A DNA stretch of 34,067 bases from an uncultured Dehalococcoidia bacterium (GTDB taxonomy: Bacteria > Chloroflexota > Dehalococcoidia > Lucifugimonadales > UBA3495). The number at the start of each line of letters is the position of its first letter. The first letter of the stretch is position 1. Location of the stretch: contig CATMOE010000042.1 in the NCBI GenBank assembly GCA_950072105.1, positions 1-34,067 of the forward strand. The letters are read 5' to 3'. A program made the translations under genes and the position numbers. Of this stretch, positions 9,530 to 18,565 are shown piece by piece. Below the pieces are notes generated by a model. The model was not told where the DNA came from and made no database searches. It was given only the letters and a program-made list of their open reading frames with translations.

Positions 9530-10237
9530 TTGCTGGGGAATGGCGTCCGCCAAAATATTACGGGTTATCTGGTGGTGTTGAGCGGTCTGTTCATGCTGGC
9601 GGACCTTTACCTGATTTTCGTGGTGGCTCCCACTGATGCGGTGCTTGGCCATGTCCAGCGGGTATTCTACTTCCACGTGCCGATCGCCATCATGTCCTTC
9701 CTGGCGTTCTTCCTGGTTTTCCTAGCGAGCATCGCCTACGTGGTGCGGCGTGACGGGAAATGGGACCGGCTAGCTCACTCGTGCGCCGAAGTTGGCGTGG
9801 TGTTTGTTACCGTGGCGCTGCTGACCGGAATCATCTGGGGCAGGCCGCTGTGGAACACCTGGTGGACCTGGGAGCCCAGGCTGACCACCACCCTCATCCT
9901 TTGGCTGATCTACGTTTCCTATCTGATGATTCGCTCCCACGCGTCTAACCAGCAGCAAGCGGCCCGTTACTCGGCGGTGGTGGGAATCGTGGGGTTTGTC
10001 GACGTTCCGATAGTGTACTATTCGGTGGTTTGGTGGCGTTCGATACACCCGTCCCCGGTGGTGGGCCCCTTCGCCCAGGCAAATGCCCTGGAGCCAATCA
10101 TGCTGTGGATCCTACTTTTCTCCATGGTGACGTTCTTACTTCTATTTGCCTATCTGGTGGCGGAACGGACGGCCCTGAGGAACAGCGAGGACCGGCTCCG
10201 AGGAATACGGCTGGTGGCGCGACGGGCCGGGCGCTGA
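9530..10237 (+). CDS. ccmC: Heme-handling protein CcmC
   Basis: Trp-rich WWD motif WGRPLWNTWWTWEPRLT and the conserved His in YFHVP and RSIHP. TTG start after GAGGAGGT. Confidence 0.9.
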   Translation: MLGNGVRQNITGYLVVLSGLFMLADLYLIFVVAPTDAVLGHVQRVFYFHVPIAIMSFLAFFLVFLASIAYVVRRDGKWDRLAHSCAEVGVVFVTVALLTGIIWGRPLWNTWWTWEPRLTTTLILWLIYVSYLMIRSHASNQQQAARYSAVVGIVGFVDVPIVYYSVVWWRSIHPSPVVGPFAQANALEPIMLWILLFSMVTFLLLFAYLVAERTALRNSEDRLRGIRLVARRAGR

Positions 10238-10281
10238 TGCCAGTCTGAATTCTCTTCTCCTGACTTGAGGTGTTAAGTTTT

Positions 10282-10473
10282 ATGCTGATCGTTCTGCTAC
10301 AGGCCACGTTGCCGGCAGCTAATCTGCCCTTCCTATTTGCCGCGTTCACGGTGGCTTGGGTGGCCTTCTTCGCTTACGCGTTTTTCGTCAGCCGGCGCCA
10401 ACAGGAGTTGCGTAAGGAGATCGCCGAATTGCGCCGGACGCTGGAGCAACAGGAACCGGAGGACGCTAGCTAG
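10282..10473 (+). CDS. ccmD: CcmD-like small membrane protein
   Basis: FLFAAFTVAWVAFFAY TM followed by a charged coiled tail. Lies between ccmC and ccmE. GAGGTG SD before ATG 10282 (alternative GTG 10270). Confidence 0.7.
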   Translation: MLIVLLQATLPAANLPFLFAAFTVAWVAFFAYAFFVSRRQQELRKEIAELRRTLEQQEPEDAS

Positions 10474-10518
10474 GATTTCAGTATATAATTGGGTAGTAGG
10501 GAAACAAGAGGAGAAACA

Positions 10519-11013
10519 TTGGCTGAGTTGGAACCGGACTGGCCGGACTGGACAGAAGCTGAAGGCGAAGCAGAGCCGGAGAATCAGAGTCACCGTACCC
10601 GCTTCCTGATTCTTGCGGCGGTTGTTTCGCTGGCTCTTGGGTACATGATATACGCGGCTTTCCCTGGGAATGCCCTTTATTTCTTGACCGTGGGTGAGCT
10701 TATCAACAAAACAGATGTCCATGACGGACGAACGCTCCGGGTGTCGGGCAAACTGGTGGCTGACTCTTTCCTGAGAGAGGGAAGGACAACGGTTTCCCAT
10801 TTCCAACTTCGAGACGAGAACGGTGGGTCGGCCGGGGAGTATCTATCCGCGACATATGTGGGGGTACTGCCCGACCTGTTCTTCAACCCACATTCCGAGG
10901 TTATATTGGAAGGCAGCTACGGCGAGGACCAGATCTTTCAGACAGACGCCATCCTGGTGAAGTGCCCATCCAAGTACCAATCGCTTCAGGAAGAGACGCT
11001 GCTGTCTAGCTGA
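10519..11013 (+). CDS. ccmE: Heme chaperone CcmE, CxxxY (System I*) type
   Basis: One TM anchor, YFLTVGEL, RVSG, YVGVLPDLF, KCPSKY. TTG 10519 follows GAGGAG (the ORF track starts at 10489). Confidence 0.88.
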   Translation: MAELEPDWPDWTEAEGEAEPENQSHRTRFLILAAVVSLALGYMIYAAFPGNALYFLTVGELINKTDVHDGRTLRVSGKLVADSFLREGRTTVSHFQLRDENGGSAGEYLSATYVGVLPDLFFNPHSEVILEGSYGEDQIFQTDAILVKCPSKYQSLQEETLLSS

Positions 11014-11157
11014 CTGCCCGGAATCGAAACGCGGTGATTATCCACGTCTATTGGGCAAGGCGACGGGAAACCTTCAGACCACCACGGAGTTGATCGACGT
11101 CTTTGCCAGCCTAACCCTTACTGCCCCGCGGCCGATATCCGCGATCAGGCATCCGGC

Positions 11158-11424
11158 TTATTTCTTTTCCTGATTGATGCGTTCCATGACCGAGTCGTGG
11201 AAGGTAGGAGGCGTTGACACCTTGGGGAACCGAGAAAGTATTCCGATAGTGGTAGCCAGAGTGTCAACGAAGGCGCGGCAAGGACCGCAGTTAATTAGGT
11301 GGGCCCGAATCGCCGACTGTTTGGGTGGGGCGAGGTCCTCGTCCAAATAGTCCGACGAAAGCTTGCGGACTTCTTCGCAGTCGTCGCCGTCGCGGTGAAA
11401 TAGCTTTTTGAGTAGTCCGATCAA
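11158..11424 (-). CDS. Soluble zinc-binding anti-sigma factor (zf-HC2/ZAS)
   Basis: DCEEVR..LSSDYLD..HLINCGPC (HxxxCxxC). 88 aa, no TM segment. Adjacent to an ECF sigma. Confidence 0.85.
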   Translation of the reverse strand: MIGLLKKLFHRDGDDCEEVRKLSSDYLDEDLAPPKQSAIRAHLINCGPCRAFVDTLATTIGILSRFPKVSTPPTFHDSVMERINQEKK

Positions 11425-11624
11425 TGTAACAACCCCCAGGGTATTCTAATCTCATGTCCAACCAACAGCAACCGTCCTCATTCCAAAGAGCGGCCAATCA
11501 TGGTGGTGGGTGGCGCTCCCCAACGCCTTCCCCTGAGTAGCGAATCGGCCTTCTATAGACAAACTCATTACTTTAGATGCACAATGCAGGTTAAAGGTAT
11601 ATTTCCTGAAATAATTGACAACCG

Positions 11625-12140
11625 ATGGAATCTCAGACCACACAAACTTTTGAAGACATCGTAACCGAATACGGTGATTTCGTATTCAACCTCACCTATC
11701 GAATCCTGGGGAACCACGCCGATGCCGAGGATGCCTTCTTAGCTGCTTACCGTAACTTTGAACGATTTCGCGGGGAATCACGGGTCAGCACATGGCTGTA
11801 TCGCATCGCCACCAACGCTGCCTTGATGAAGCTTCGCAAAGAGCGGCCTAGGCGGAACATCACCCAAACAGGATATGAAGAGATCGAACTGCCCAGCCCG
11901 GGCGAAGGTCCCGAGAAGCTGGCGCTGAACAGCGAGCTTCGCGAGCACCTTGAGCGGGGGCTGGACATGCTGCAGCCCAACCTTAAAACGGCGGTGGTGC
12001 TTCGGGACGTCCAGGGTCTGAGCAACGAAGAGGCATCTCAAATACTGGATATATCCGTCTCGTCGCTAAAGGCCCGGCTCCACCGGGGACGCATCTTCCT
12101 TCGGCAACACCTTCAAGAATATCTAGCCGCCAACCAGTAG
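11625..12140 (+). CDS. ECF RNA polymerase sigma factor (apparent 4-aa deletion in region 2.2)
   Basis: [17 protein letters not shown] (region 2) and [23 protein letters not shown] (region 4.2). Confidence 0.9.
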   Translation: MESQTTQTFEDIVTEYGDFVFNLTYRILGNHADAEDAFLAAYRNFERFRGESRVSTWLYRIATNAALMKLRKERPRRNITQTGYEEIELPSPGEGPEKLALNSELREHLERGLDMLQPNLKTAVVLRDVQGLSNEEASQILDISVSSLKARLHRGRIFLRQHLQEYLAANQ

Positions 12141-12192
12141 CACGGCCGGGCTGTCTACCAGTCTGTCCCTGCGGATAGAATCCTTCAAAACA

Positions 12193-12221
12193 AAAGCTCC
12201 CCGCATAAGCCGGGGAGCTTT
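12193..12221. terminator. Intrinsic terminator between the convergent sigma and korB genes, probably bidirectional
   Basis: AAAGCTCCCCG-CATAAGC-CGGGGAGCTTT, an 11-bp perfect stem with A-rich and T-rich flanks. Confidence 0.8.
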
Positions 12222-12245
12222 ACAGTTTCTGAGGCTGTGGTCAGG

Positions 12246-13112
12246 TCAGAATTCGAACGCGTCCACCAATTCCTGCACGGTCTTGGGATTCGCCCTTGTC
12301 CACATCTGCTCCACTTGCTGATCCATGGAAGGGCGGAAGGTGTCGTTGTAAAGCACTCCCACGGGAACGCCGCCTTGCTGGAGTAATTGCTGGGCCGCGC
12401 CCTTGTCGCTAGTGTCGTGATCTTCCGGAATCTCCCACAGTCCTGGCTCGATCCCCTTTTGGACGTTCCCTTTGAGCATTTCGAAGGTGTCGTTATAGGT
12501 GGTGCAAGGAGATTGTACGTGTATTATGGAAAACCCCTTATGCTCCATCCCCTGGGTGATCAGCTTGGCCAACGGCCTAACCTGTCCGGAAAAGCCGGAA
12601 GCGATGAAGGAAACACCCAGGGTTAAATACAGCTCCAGGGGATTAAGTTGGGACTCGATCTTGCCGAAGGGGGTAGAACTGGTTATCTCACCGAGCTTGG
12701 TTGTTGGAGAGCTCTGGCCTTTGGTAAGTCCGTATACTCCGTTGTCCATGATCACGGCGCAGATGTTCAGGTTACGGGCAGCCTGAGGCCCGATATGCTC
12801 GGCGCCGATGCTCAGGAAGTCGCCATCGCCGGCCACAACCACCACGTTCAACTCGGGCCTGGCCATCTTTACGCCCAGGGAGATGGGCAAGGACCTGCCG
12901 TGAATACCATGGAAGCCATAGGGCTGGCGGCCCTCTAGGAGATGAACCAGATTGCCAGAGCAACCGATGCCCGCGACCACCACGTTGTTTTCAATCGGAA
13001 GCCCCGTCTCTTCGAGACGGTCAATCATCGCCATTTCCAACGCCCTGCGGACCCCGAAGTCTCCGCAACCTGGGCACCACTTGAAATCGTACTCTTCGTT
13101 TTTCTTGCTCAT
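12246..13112 (-). CDS. korB: 2-oxoacid:ferredoxin oxidoreductase beta subunit (TPP-binding)
   Basis: WCPGCG, GIGCS, HGR, GDGD...DNGVYGLTKGQ, SPC motifs. Confidence 0.9.
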   Translation of the reverse strand: MSKKNEEYDFKWCPGCGDFGVRRALEMAMIDRLEETGLPIENNVVVAGIGCSGNLVHLLEGRQPYGFHGIHGRSLPISLGVKMARPELNVVVVAGDGDFLSIGAEHIGPQAARNLNICAVIMDNGVYGLTKGQSSPTTKLGEITSSTPFGKIESQLNPLELYLTLGVSFIASGFSGQVRPLAKLITQGMEHKGFSIIHVQSPCTTYNDTFEMLKGNVQKGIEPGLWEIPEDHDTSDKGAAQQLLQQGGVPVGVLYNDTFRPSMDQQVEQMWTRANPKTVQELVDAFEF

Positions 13113-14824
13113 ACCCCAGCCGCCTCCTTCCTAACGGCCTCCGTAACTTCGGTGATTCGCTTTACCAAATCTCGCACTTTGAAAGGTAGGCCCGTATATT
13201 GGGTGATGGCCTCGGCTTTCACCCCTTGGGAACGCAAGATACTGGCGAACTGCCCCTGATAGTTCAGTTCCGGGACAATCACCAAGTCTTTCTTTTTGAG
13301 TTCTTCCAGCATTTTGGGAGGCAGCGGATTCAGGTACATGGTGTAGAACCAGCCCACGGGAACCCCCGAAGCCTTCATCTGATTATAGGCTTCCAGCGCG
13401 GGACCCTTCGAACCGCCCCAAGGCATCATGACGATGGACTCGTCGACGTTGTCCGTTTCGTACTCGTCTTCTTCCAGAAGTTTTATTTTGCTGAAACGCC
13501 GCTCCGTCATCTGTATGTGGCGGCTGGCCAAGTGAGTAGTGTCCCCCATGTCGTCATGCTCACTGCCGTTAGCGACGTATGCTCCCGGATTGCCGGGTAG
13601 CGGCATTGGGGACAACTCGAAGCCGGCGTATCGATGGTATCCGTTGGTCCCTTCGTAGACCTGCCGTCTCTGATTCTCAACTTGGGAAAGGTCAGGCTTG
13701 GCGATGTTCTGCACGCGCTCTGCCAAAGCCATCTCGGTCATCAAGATCACCGGCCCTTGGTACCGCTCGGACCAGGTAAGAGCCTTGATCGCGCCGTAGA
13801 AACACTCTTCCACCGTGCCCACCGCAATGATTGGCATCTTGACATCGCCGTGTGCGGGGAACATGCAAGCCATCAAGTCCGATTGTTCCGTCTTGGTGGG
13901 CAGTCCGGTAGCCGGGCCGCCCCTTTGCACGTCCACGACGACCAAGGGAATCTCAGCAATCCAACCTAGCCCTAGACCCTCACTCATCAAGGAGAATCCC
14001 GGTCCGGCGGTGGCCGTCATTGCCTTTTTACCGGCGAATCCCGCTCCCAGGATGGCGGTGATCGACTCGATCTCCGAACTTACTTGATGGGCAAATTTCC
14101 CCTCGCCGACCAGGTTCCGTTCCATGTATAACAGAATAGTCGTGGCCGGGGAGATAGGATATCCAACGTAGAAGTCCAAGCCTCCGGCCAGCGCGCCCAG
14201 GGCTAAGGCTTCGTTTCCTTTCAGCATTATTTGAGCGAAGTCTGGCGGGTTTGGAGCAGCCAGGGCGCCCAGAGCGAGTCCGCTCTCGGAGATGTGTTCC
14301 CGGCCCAGTGTCATTGCCTGGATATTGGAACGGATAATTTCTTCGTCACCGGAGCGGCCGCGGGTGAATCTCTTGGTAACGAACTCCTCCAGATACTGCT
14401 GGGGCATATCCACCAGGTGGGCCAGAGCTCCGATGATGACCATGTTTGCGGCCCGGTTGTTTCCGGTGGACCGGGCTATTTCGTCGAAGGGAAGGCCAAA
14501 GCCTCGAGAGTCGCCTTCAAGTTGGAATTCGTTGGAGTTGAAGATGATGACGCCTTCATCTCGAACCTCGGAGTTGTGCTCGTCGTAGGCGTCCTGATTG
14601 AAGGCCACCAGTACATCCACGTCGTCACCGGCGCTTAGAACCGGGTCCACGGCGATCCGGGCTTGGGTCCACGTGGGTCCTCCCATAATCTGGGAAGGAA
14701 AAGTAGCGAAAGTTTGAGCGTGATAGCCGACTTGCGTGGCAGCCTGGGCTAATCCTTCTGCCGAAGTAACGACCCCTTGTCCGCCTTCACCGGCGAACCG
14801 GACGACGAAGTCACGCATTTCCAT
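13109..14824 (-). CDS. korA: 2-oxoacid:ferredoxin oxidoreductase alpha subunit (fused gamma+alpha domains)
   Basis: GEGGQG, GNEA, YPISP and QRGGPATGLPT motifs. 4-nt overlap with the beta subunit. Substrate cannot be determined from sequence. Confidence 0.9.
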   Translation of the reverse strand: MEMRDFVVRFAGEGGQGVVTSAEGLAQAATQVGYHAQTFATFPSQIMGGPTWTQARIAVDPVLSAGDDVDVLVAFNQDAYDEHNSEVRDEGVIIFNSNEFQLEGDSRGFGLPFDEIARSTGNNRAANMVIIGALAHLVDMPQQYLEEFVTKRFTRGRSGDEEIIRSNIQAMTLGREHISESGLALGALAAPNPPDFAQIMLKGNEALALGALAGGLDFYVGYPISPATTILLYMERNLVGEGKFAHQVSSEIESITAILGAGFAGKKAMTATAGPGFSLMSEGLGLGWIAEIPLVVVDVQRGGPATGLPTKTEQSDLMACMFPAHGDVKMPIIAVGTVEECFYGAIKALTWSERYQGPVILMTEMALAERVQNIAKPDLSQVENQRRQVYEGTNGYHRYAGFELSPMPLPGNPGAYVANGSEHDDMGDTTHLASRHIQMTERRFSKIKLLEEDEYETDNVDESIVMMPWGGSKGPALEAYNQMKASGVPVGWFYTMYLNPLPPKMLEELKKKDLVIVPELNYQGQFASILRSQGVKAEAITQYTGLPFKVRDLVKRITEVTEAVRKEAAGV

Positions 14825-15182
14825 GTTTATGTCTCCCTGAGTCAGTATCGGGCAGATTGGATTTTAAGGTTAAGCCGATTGGCATGCAAGGGCTGGGGGT
14901 TGCAAAGGAGAAGCAATTTTCGCGCCACGCTGGGATATAAGGATTTTATGGCGGCTGTCATGGTGATTGTTCGGAGCAGCCCCATGGCGCCGTTCGAGGT
15001 AACATCGAGCCTCGGTTGAGGGGGAGCCATAAGGTCAAGCGTAAACAACCTTGTAGGGTTGTTGTTCATATCTAAAGTAGCGACTCGAATGTTACAGCAG
15101 GCACGGTCTAATGTCAATTAACTAGCGCCGGATAATGTCGGATAATATGTCCTCGGCGGCGTTGTTTCAAACTTCAGCGATA

Positions 15183-15191
15183 TGCTAGAAT
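15183..15191 (+). promoter_or_regulatory. Extended -10 promoter immediately upstream of dprA (likely leaderless)
   Basis: TG-C-TAGAAT ends 7 nt before ATG 15199, and there is no SD. Confidence 0.5.
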
Positions 15192-15198
15192 CGCTATT

Positions 15199-16308
15199 AT
15201 GGTGGACATAAAATACTGGGCGGCGTTGAACCTTGTGCCCAGATTGGGACCGGTAAGGTTTCGTAGGCTAGAGGCCTACTTTGAAGACATGGAAAAGGCT
15301 TGGAAGGCAAGCCTTAGTGAATTCAAGGCGGCGGGTCTTGACGATCGGACCGCCAGAGACCTGATAAGCCTTCGTGGCAAGATCACTCCGGAATCCGAGC
15401 TTGAAAGGATCCTACGCGCCGGGATAAATCTGGCTTGCTGGCACGATGATGATTATCCCGTGCGGCTGAAAGAGATCGCGGACCCTCCGCCAGTCCTCTA
15501 TTTCAAGGGAACGCTTTTACCGTCCGACGAAAGGTCGTTAGCTGTAGTTGGTACCAGGGGTCCGACTTCCTATGGAAGGGAAGCAACGGCGGGGCTTACC
15601 GCCGAATTAGCGCACAACGGTATCGTCATCGTCAGCGGCCTAGCGAGAGGTATAGACGGAGTGGCTCATCGAGCGGCTCTGGAGAGCGGTGGCCGGACCA
15701 TCGCCGTTCTGGCCAATGGTCTGGACATAATTTATCCCAGGGAACACACCAACTTGGCCCAACAGATCGTGGGCTGTGGCGCTATCGTCAGCGAATATCC
15801 TCCGGGCGTCCGGCCCGATTCCCGGAGTTTTCCCCGGCGGAACCGTTTAATCAGCGGCATCAGCCTGGGTTCCCTGGTGGTTGAGGCTGGGGAAGGCAGC
15901 GGGGCCCGCTGGACCGTGTATCATGCGTTGGAGCAGAACCGGGAAGTTTTCTGCGTGCCGGGCAGTATCTACTCTCCAATGAGCCGGCTGACCAACCGGT
16001 TGATTCAGGAAGGAGCCAAGCTGGTATCCAACGTTACCGATATTCTGGAAGAGTTGAACTTGACGGCGGTGGCACGCCAGGTGCAATTGCCCCTGCCGGT
16101 GGATACGGATAGCGATCCTGAGTCGGCTTTACTGGGTCTTTTGAACGACGATCCACAACACATCGATGACATTAGAAGAATCGCGGACATCCCCATTACG
16201 TCCGTAAGCAGTATGCTAACCATGCTGGAATTGAAAGGCCTGGTGCGGCAGGTGGGCTGCATGCACTATGTCCGTTTACGGGAGGTATCCCAAGTCTATG
16301 GTAACTAA
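15199..16308 (+). CDS. dprA: DNA-protecting protein DprA/Smf
   Basis: AVVGTR, VSGLARGID, SEYPPG, FPRRNRLISG, VEAG, C-terminal winged helix (LTMLELKG). Confidence 0.95.
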   Translation: MVDIKYWAALNLVPRLGPVRFRRLEAYFEDMEKAWKASLSEFKAAGLDDRTARDLISLRGKITPESELERILRAGINLACWHDDDYPVRLKEIADPPPVLYFKGTLLPSDERSLAVVGTRGPTSYGREATAGLTAELAHNGIVIVSGLARGIDGVAHRAALESGGRTIAVLANGLDIIYPREHTNLAQQIVGCGAIVSEYPPGVRPDSRSFPRRNRLISGISLGSLVVEAGEGSGARWTVYHALEQNREVFCVPGSIYSPMSRLTNRLIQEGAKLVSNVTDILEELNLTAVARQVQLPLPVDTDSDPESALLGLLNDDPQHIDDIRRIADIPITSVSSMLTMLELKGLVRQVGCMHYVRLREVSQVYGN

Positions 16309-18565
16309 GGCCAAAACCGCATCGAAAACGCGTGCTACTAAAGCTGGTAGCCGTAAATCCACCGCCAAGACCGCCAAGGGAACGAAGAAAGGCTCGTCCG
16401 TTAGAAGTGCGGCCGGGAAGCAACTCGTGATAGTTGAGTCTCCAGCCAAAGCTCGAACGGTGGGCCAGATGTTGGGCAACAAGTACGTGGTAGTGGCTTC
16501 CCAGGGCCATGTGCGGGACCTGCCCAAAAGCAAGATTGGGGTGGATATAGAAAACGAGTTTGAACCTTCCTACGTAATCATGCGGGATAAGCGGTCCATC
16601 CTCAACGACCTGAAAAAGGCCGGCGACCAGGCCAAGACTATTTATCTAGCCACCGACCCGGACCGGGAAGGAGAGGCTATCTCTTGGCACCTGCAAACGG
16701 CGGCGAAGTGGGACGAACGGCCCGATCCTCCCAAGCGCGTGGTTTTCCACGAGATTACCAAGGAGGCCGTGGAAGAAGCCTTCCAGCATCCCCGGGAAAT
16801 CGACATGGATCTGGTGAACGCTCAGCAAGCGCGGCGCATCCTTGACCGTTTGGTGGGCTACCAGATCAGCCCCCTTCTCTGGCGGAGGGTGCAGCGCGGC
16901 CTGTCGGCGGGGCGAGTGCAGTCGGTATCCCTGAGAATTGTGGTGGACCGGGAGAAAGATATCCAGGCTTTTGTTCCCGTCGAATCTTGGACCCTAGAGG
17001 CCCAACTCCACAAAGAAAAGAGCCCAGCCGCCCGGCCCCATCTCTTCACGGGCGTGCTGCATTCGGTGAAAGGCCAAAAGAACCGCTTGACCATTCCCAA
17101 CGAGGACGATGCCCGCGGGTTTGAGGCCGAGTTGAAGGATGCGGCCTACGCGGTGTCGAACGTGCGAAAACGGGATGTCCGGCAGCGTCCTACCGCGCCC
17201 TTTACCACCAGCACTATGCAGCAGGAAGCGGGTCGAAAACTGCGGTTGACCCCCCGCCGTACGATGTCCATCGCCCAAGAACTCTACGAAGGGCTCCAAG
17301 TGGGTGGCGGAGAATCGGTGGGACTGATCACGTACATGCGGACCGATTCGGTGCAGGTGGCAACGTCTGCCGTCAGCGAGGCCCGCGGATACATCACCGA
17401 AACTTACGGAAAGGACTATGTCCCGGAAAAGCCTCGGGTGTTCACCACCAAGGCCAAATCCGCCCAGGAAGCTCACGAGGCGATCCGGCCCACGTCTATC
17501 CGGCGCACTCCGGATTCCGTTAAAGCCTTCCTGAGCCGGCCTCAACTCAACCTGTACAGCCTGGTTTGGTCCCGGATGTTAGCCAGTCAGATGGCCGATG
17601 CCCGGACTGAAGCCACCACCGTGGATATTGAAGCAGCTTGTAAAGGAACGTCCAAGGTCTACATGTTCCGCTCCACCGGCTCGGTGCTGAAGTTCCCAGG
17701 TTTCCGGGCGCTCTACCTGGAAAGCATCGACGATGACGAATCCGAGGATGGCCGCCAATCCCTTCCTGAACTGGCGGCCGGCGACCGATTGGGCTGCGGG
17801 AATCTGGAGGCGTTGCAGCACTTCACCCATCCGCCGCCCAGATTCACCGAGGCCACATTGATCAAGGCCATGGAAGAGAAGGGTATTGGGCGTCCCAGCA
17901 CCTATGCCCCAACTGTGGGAACCTTGCTGGACAGGAACTATGTGACTAAGGAACAAAACCGTCTTTTGCCTTCGGCGCTGGGAGTCACGGTTATTGATCT
18001 GCTCCTTGAGTTCTTCACCGACGTGATGGACCTGGACTTCACCGCAAAGATGGAAGAAGGGTTGGATGAGGTGTCCCGGGGGGAACGGGAGTGGGTCCCC
18101 ATGCTGGGAGAATTCTATGGTCCGTTCGAGAAAGCCTTGGCCAATGCCGAAGAGTCTATGCCCCGGACCAAGGTGGAAGAGGAAACCGACGAGGTCTGTG
18201 AAACCTGTGGCAAACCCATGGTGATTAAGACCGGGCGGTTCGGCCGGTTCCTGGCTTGCACCGGATTCCCCGAGTGCCGGACCACCAAGCCGATCTTGAA
18301 CAAGATCGGTGTCTCTTGCCCCAAGCCCGACTGTGCCGGCGAGATTGTGGAACGGCGGGCCCGAGGCGGCCGTCGGCCATTCTTCGGCTGCACCCGTTAC
18401 CCAGATTGCGACTTTATCAGCAACCAGCGCCCCGTGCCCACCCCTTGCCCAGAGTGCAACGGCATGATGGTGCAACAAGGCCGGGACATGCTTTCGTGCA
18501 CCGTTTGCGATTGGCGTGAGGCCATCCTGGAGCCATCCCCGGAGTTGACGCCAGTTGGCGATTGA
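16298..18565 (+). CDS. topA: DNA topoisomerase I with a basic N-terminal extension and C-terminal Zn ribbons
   Basis: LVIVESPAKA, ATDPDREGE, SAGRVQS, ITYMRTDS, AHEAIRPT, GIGRPSTY. ATG 16298 follows GGAGGT. Confidence 0.97.
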   Translation: MVTKAKTASKTRATKAGSRKSTAKTAKGTKKGSSVRSAAGKQLVIVESPAKARTVGQMLGNKYVVVASQGHVRDLPKSKIGVDIENEFEPSYVIMRDKRSILNDLKKAGDQAKTIYLATDPDREGEAISWHLQTAAKWDERPDPPKRVVFHEITKEAVEEAFQHPREIDMDLVNAQQARRILDRLVGYQISPLLWRRVQRGLSAGRVQSVSLRIVVDREKDIQAFVPVESWTLEAQLHKEKSPAARPHLFTGVLHSVKGQKNRLTIPNEDDARGFEAELKDAAYAVSNVRKRDVRQRPTAPFTTSTMQQEAGRKLRLTPRRTMSIAQELYEGLQVGGGESVGLITYMRTDSVQVATSAVSEARGYITETYGKDYVPEKPRVFTTKAKSAQEAHEAIRPTSIRRTPDSVKAFLSRPQLNLYSLVWSRMLASQMADARTEATTVDIEAACKGTSKVYMFRSTGSVLKFPGFRALYLESIDDDESEDGRQSLPELAAGDRLGCGNLEALQHFTHPPPRFTEATLIKAMEEKGIGRPSTYAPTVGTLLDRNYVTKEQNRLLPSALGVTVIDLLLEFFTDVMDLDFTAKMEEGLDEVSRGEREWVPMLGEFYGPFEKALANAEESMPRTKVEEETDEVCETCGKPMVIKTGRFGRFLACTGFPECRTTKPILNKIGVSCPKPDCAGEIVERRARGGRRPFFGCTRYPDCDFISNQRPVPTPCPECNGMMVQQGRDMLSCTVCDWREAILEPSPELTPVGD

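Noticed and set aside
11020..11050. GAAAC...CGTCTA resembling an ECF promoter antisense to the anti-sigma gene
   Set aside because: The spacer is 14 nt, shorter than the 16-17 nt expected.
14842..15117. 91-aa and 80-aa ORFs in the korA-dprA gap
   Set aside because: No SD or motifs. They overlap the divergent promoter region.
15125..15152. Possible dif site near xerC (GCCGGATAA...TATGTC)
   Set aside because: It lacks the 11-6-11 geometry and the TTATGTnAA XerD arm. It is better described as a direct repeat.
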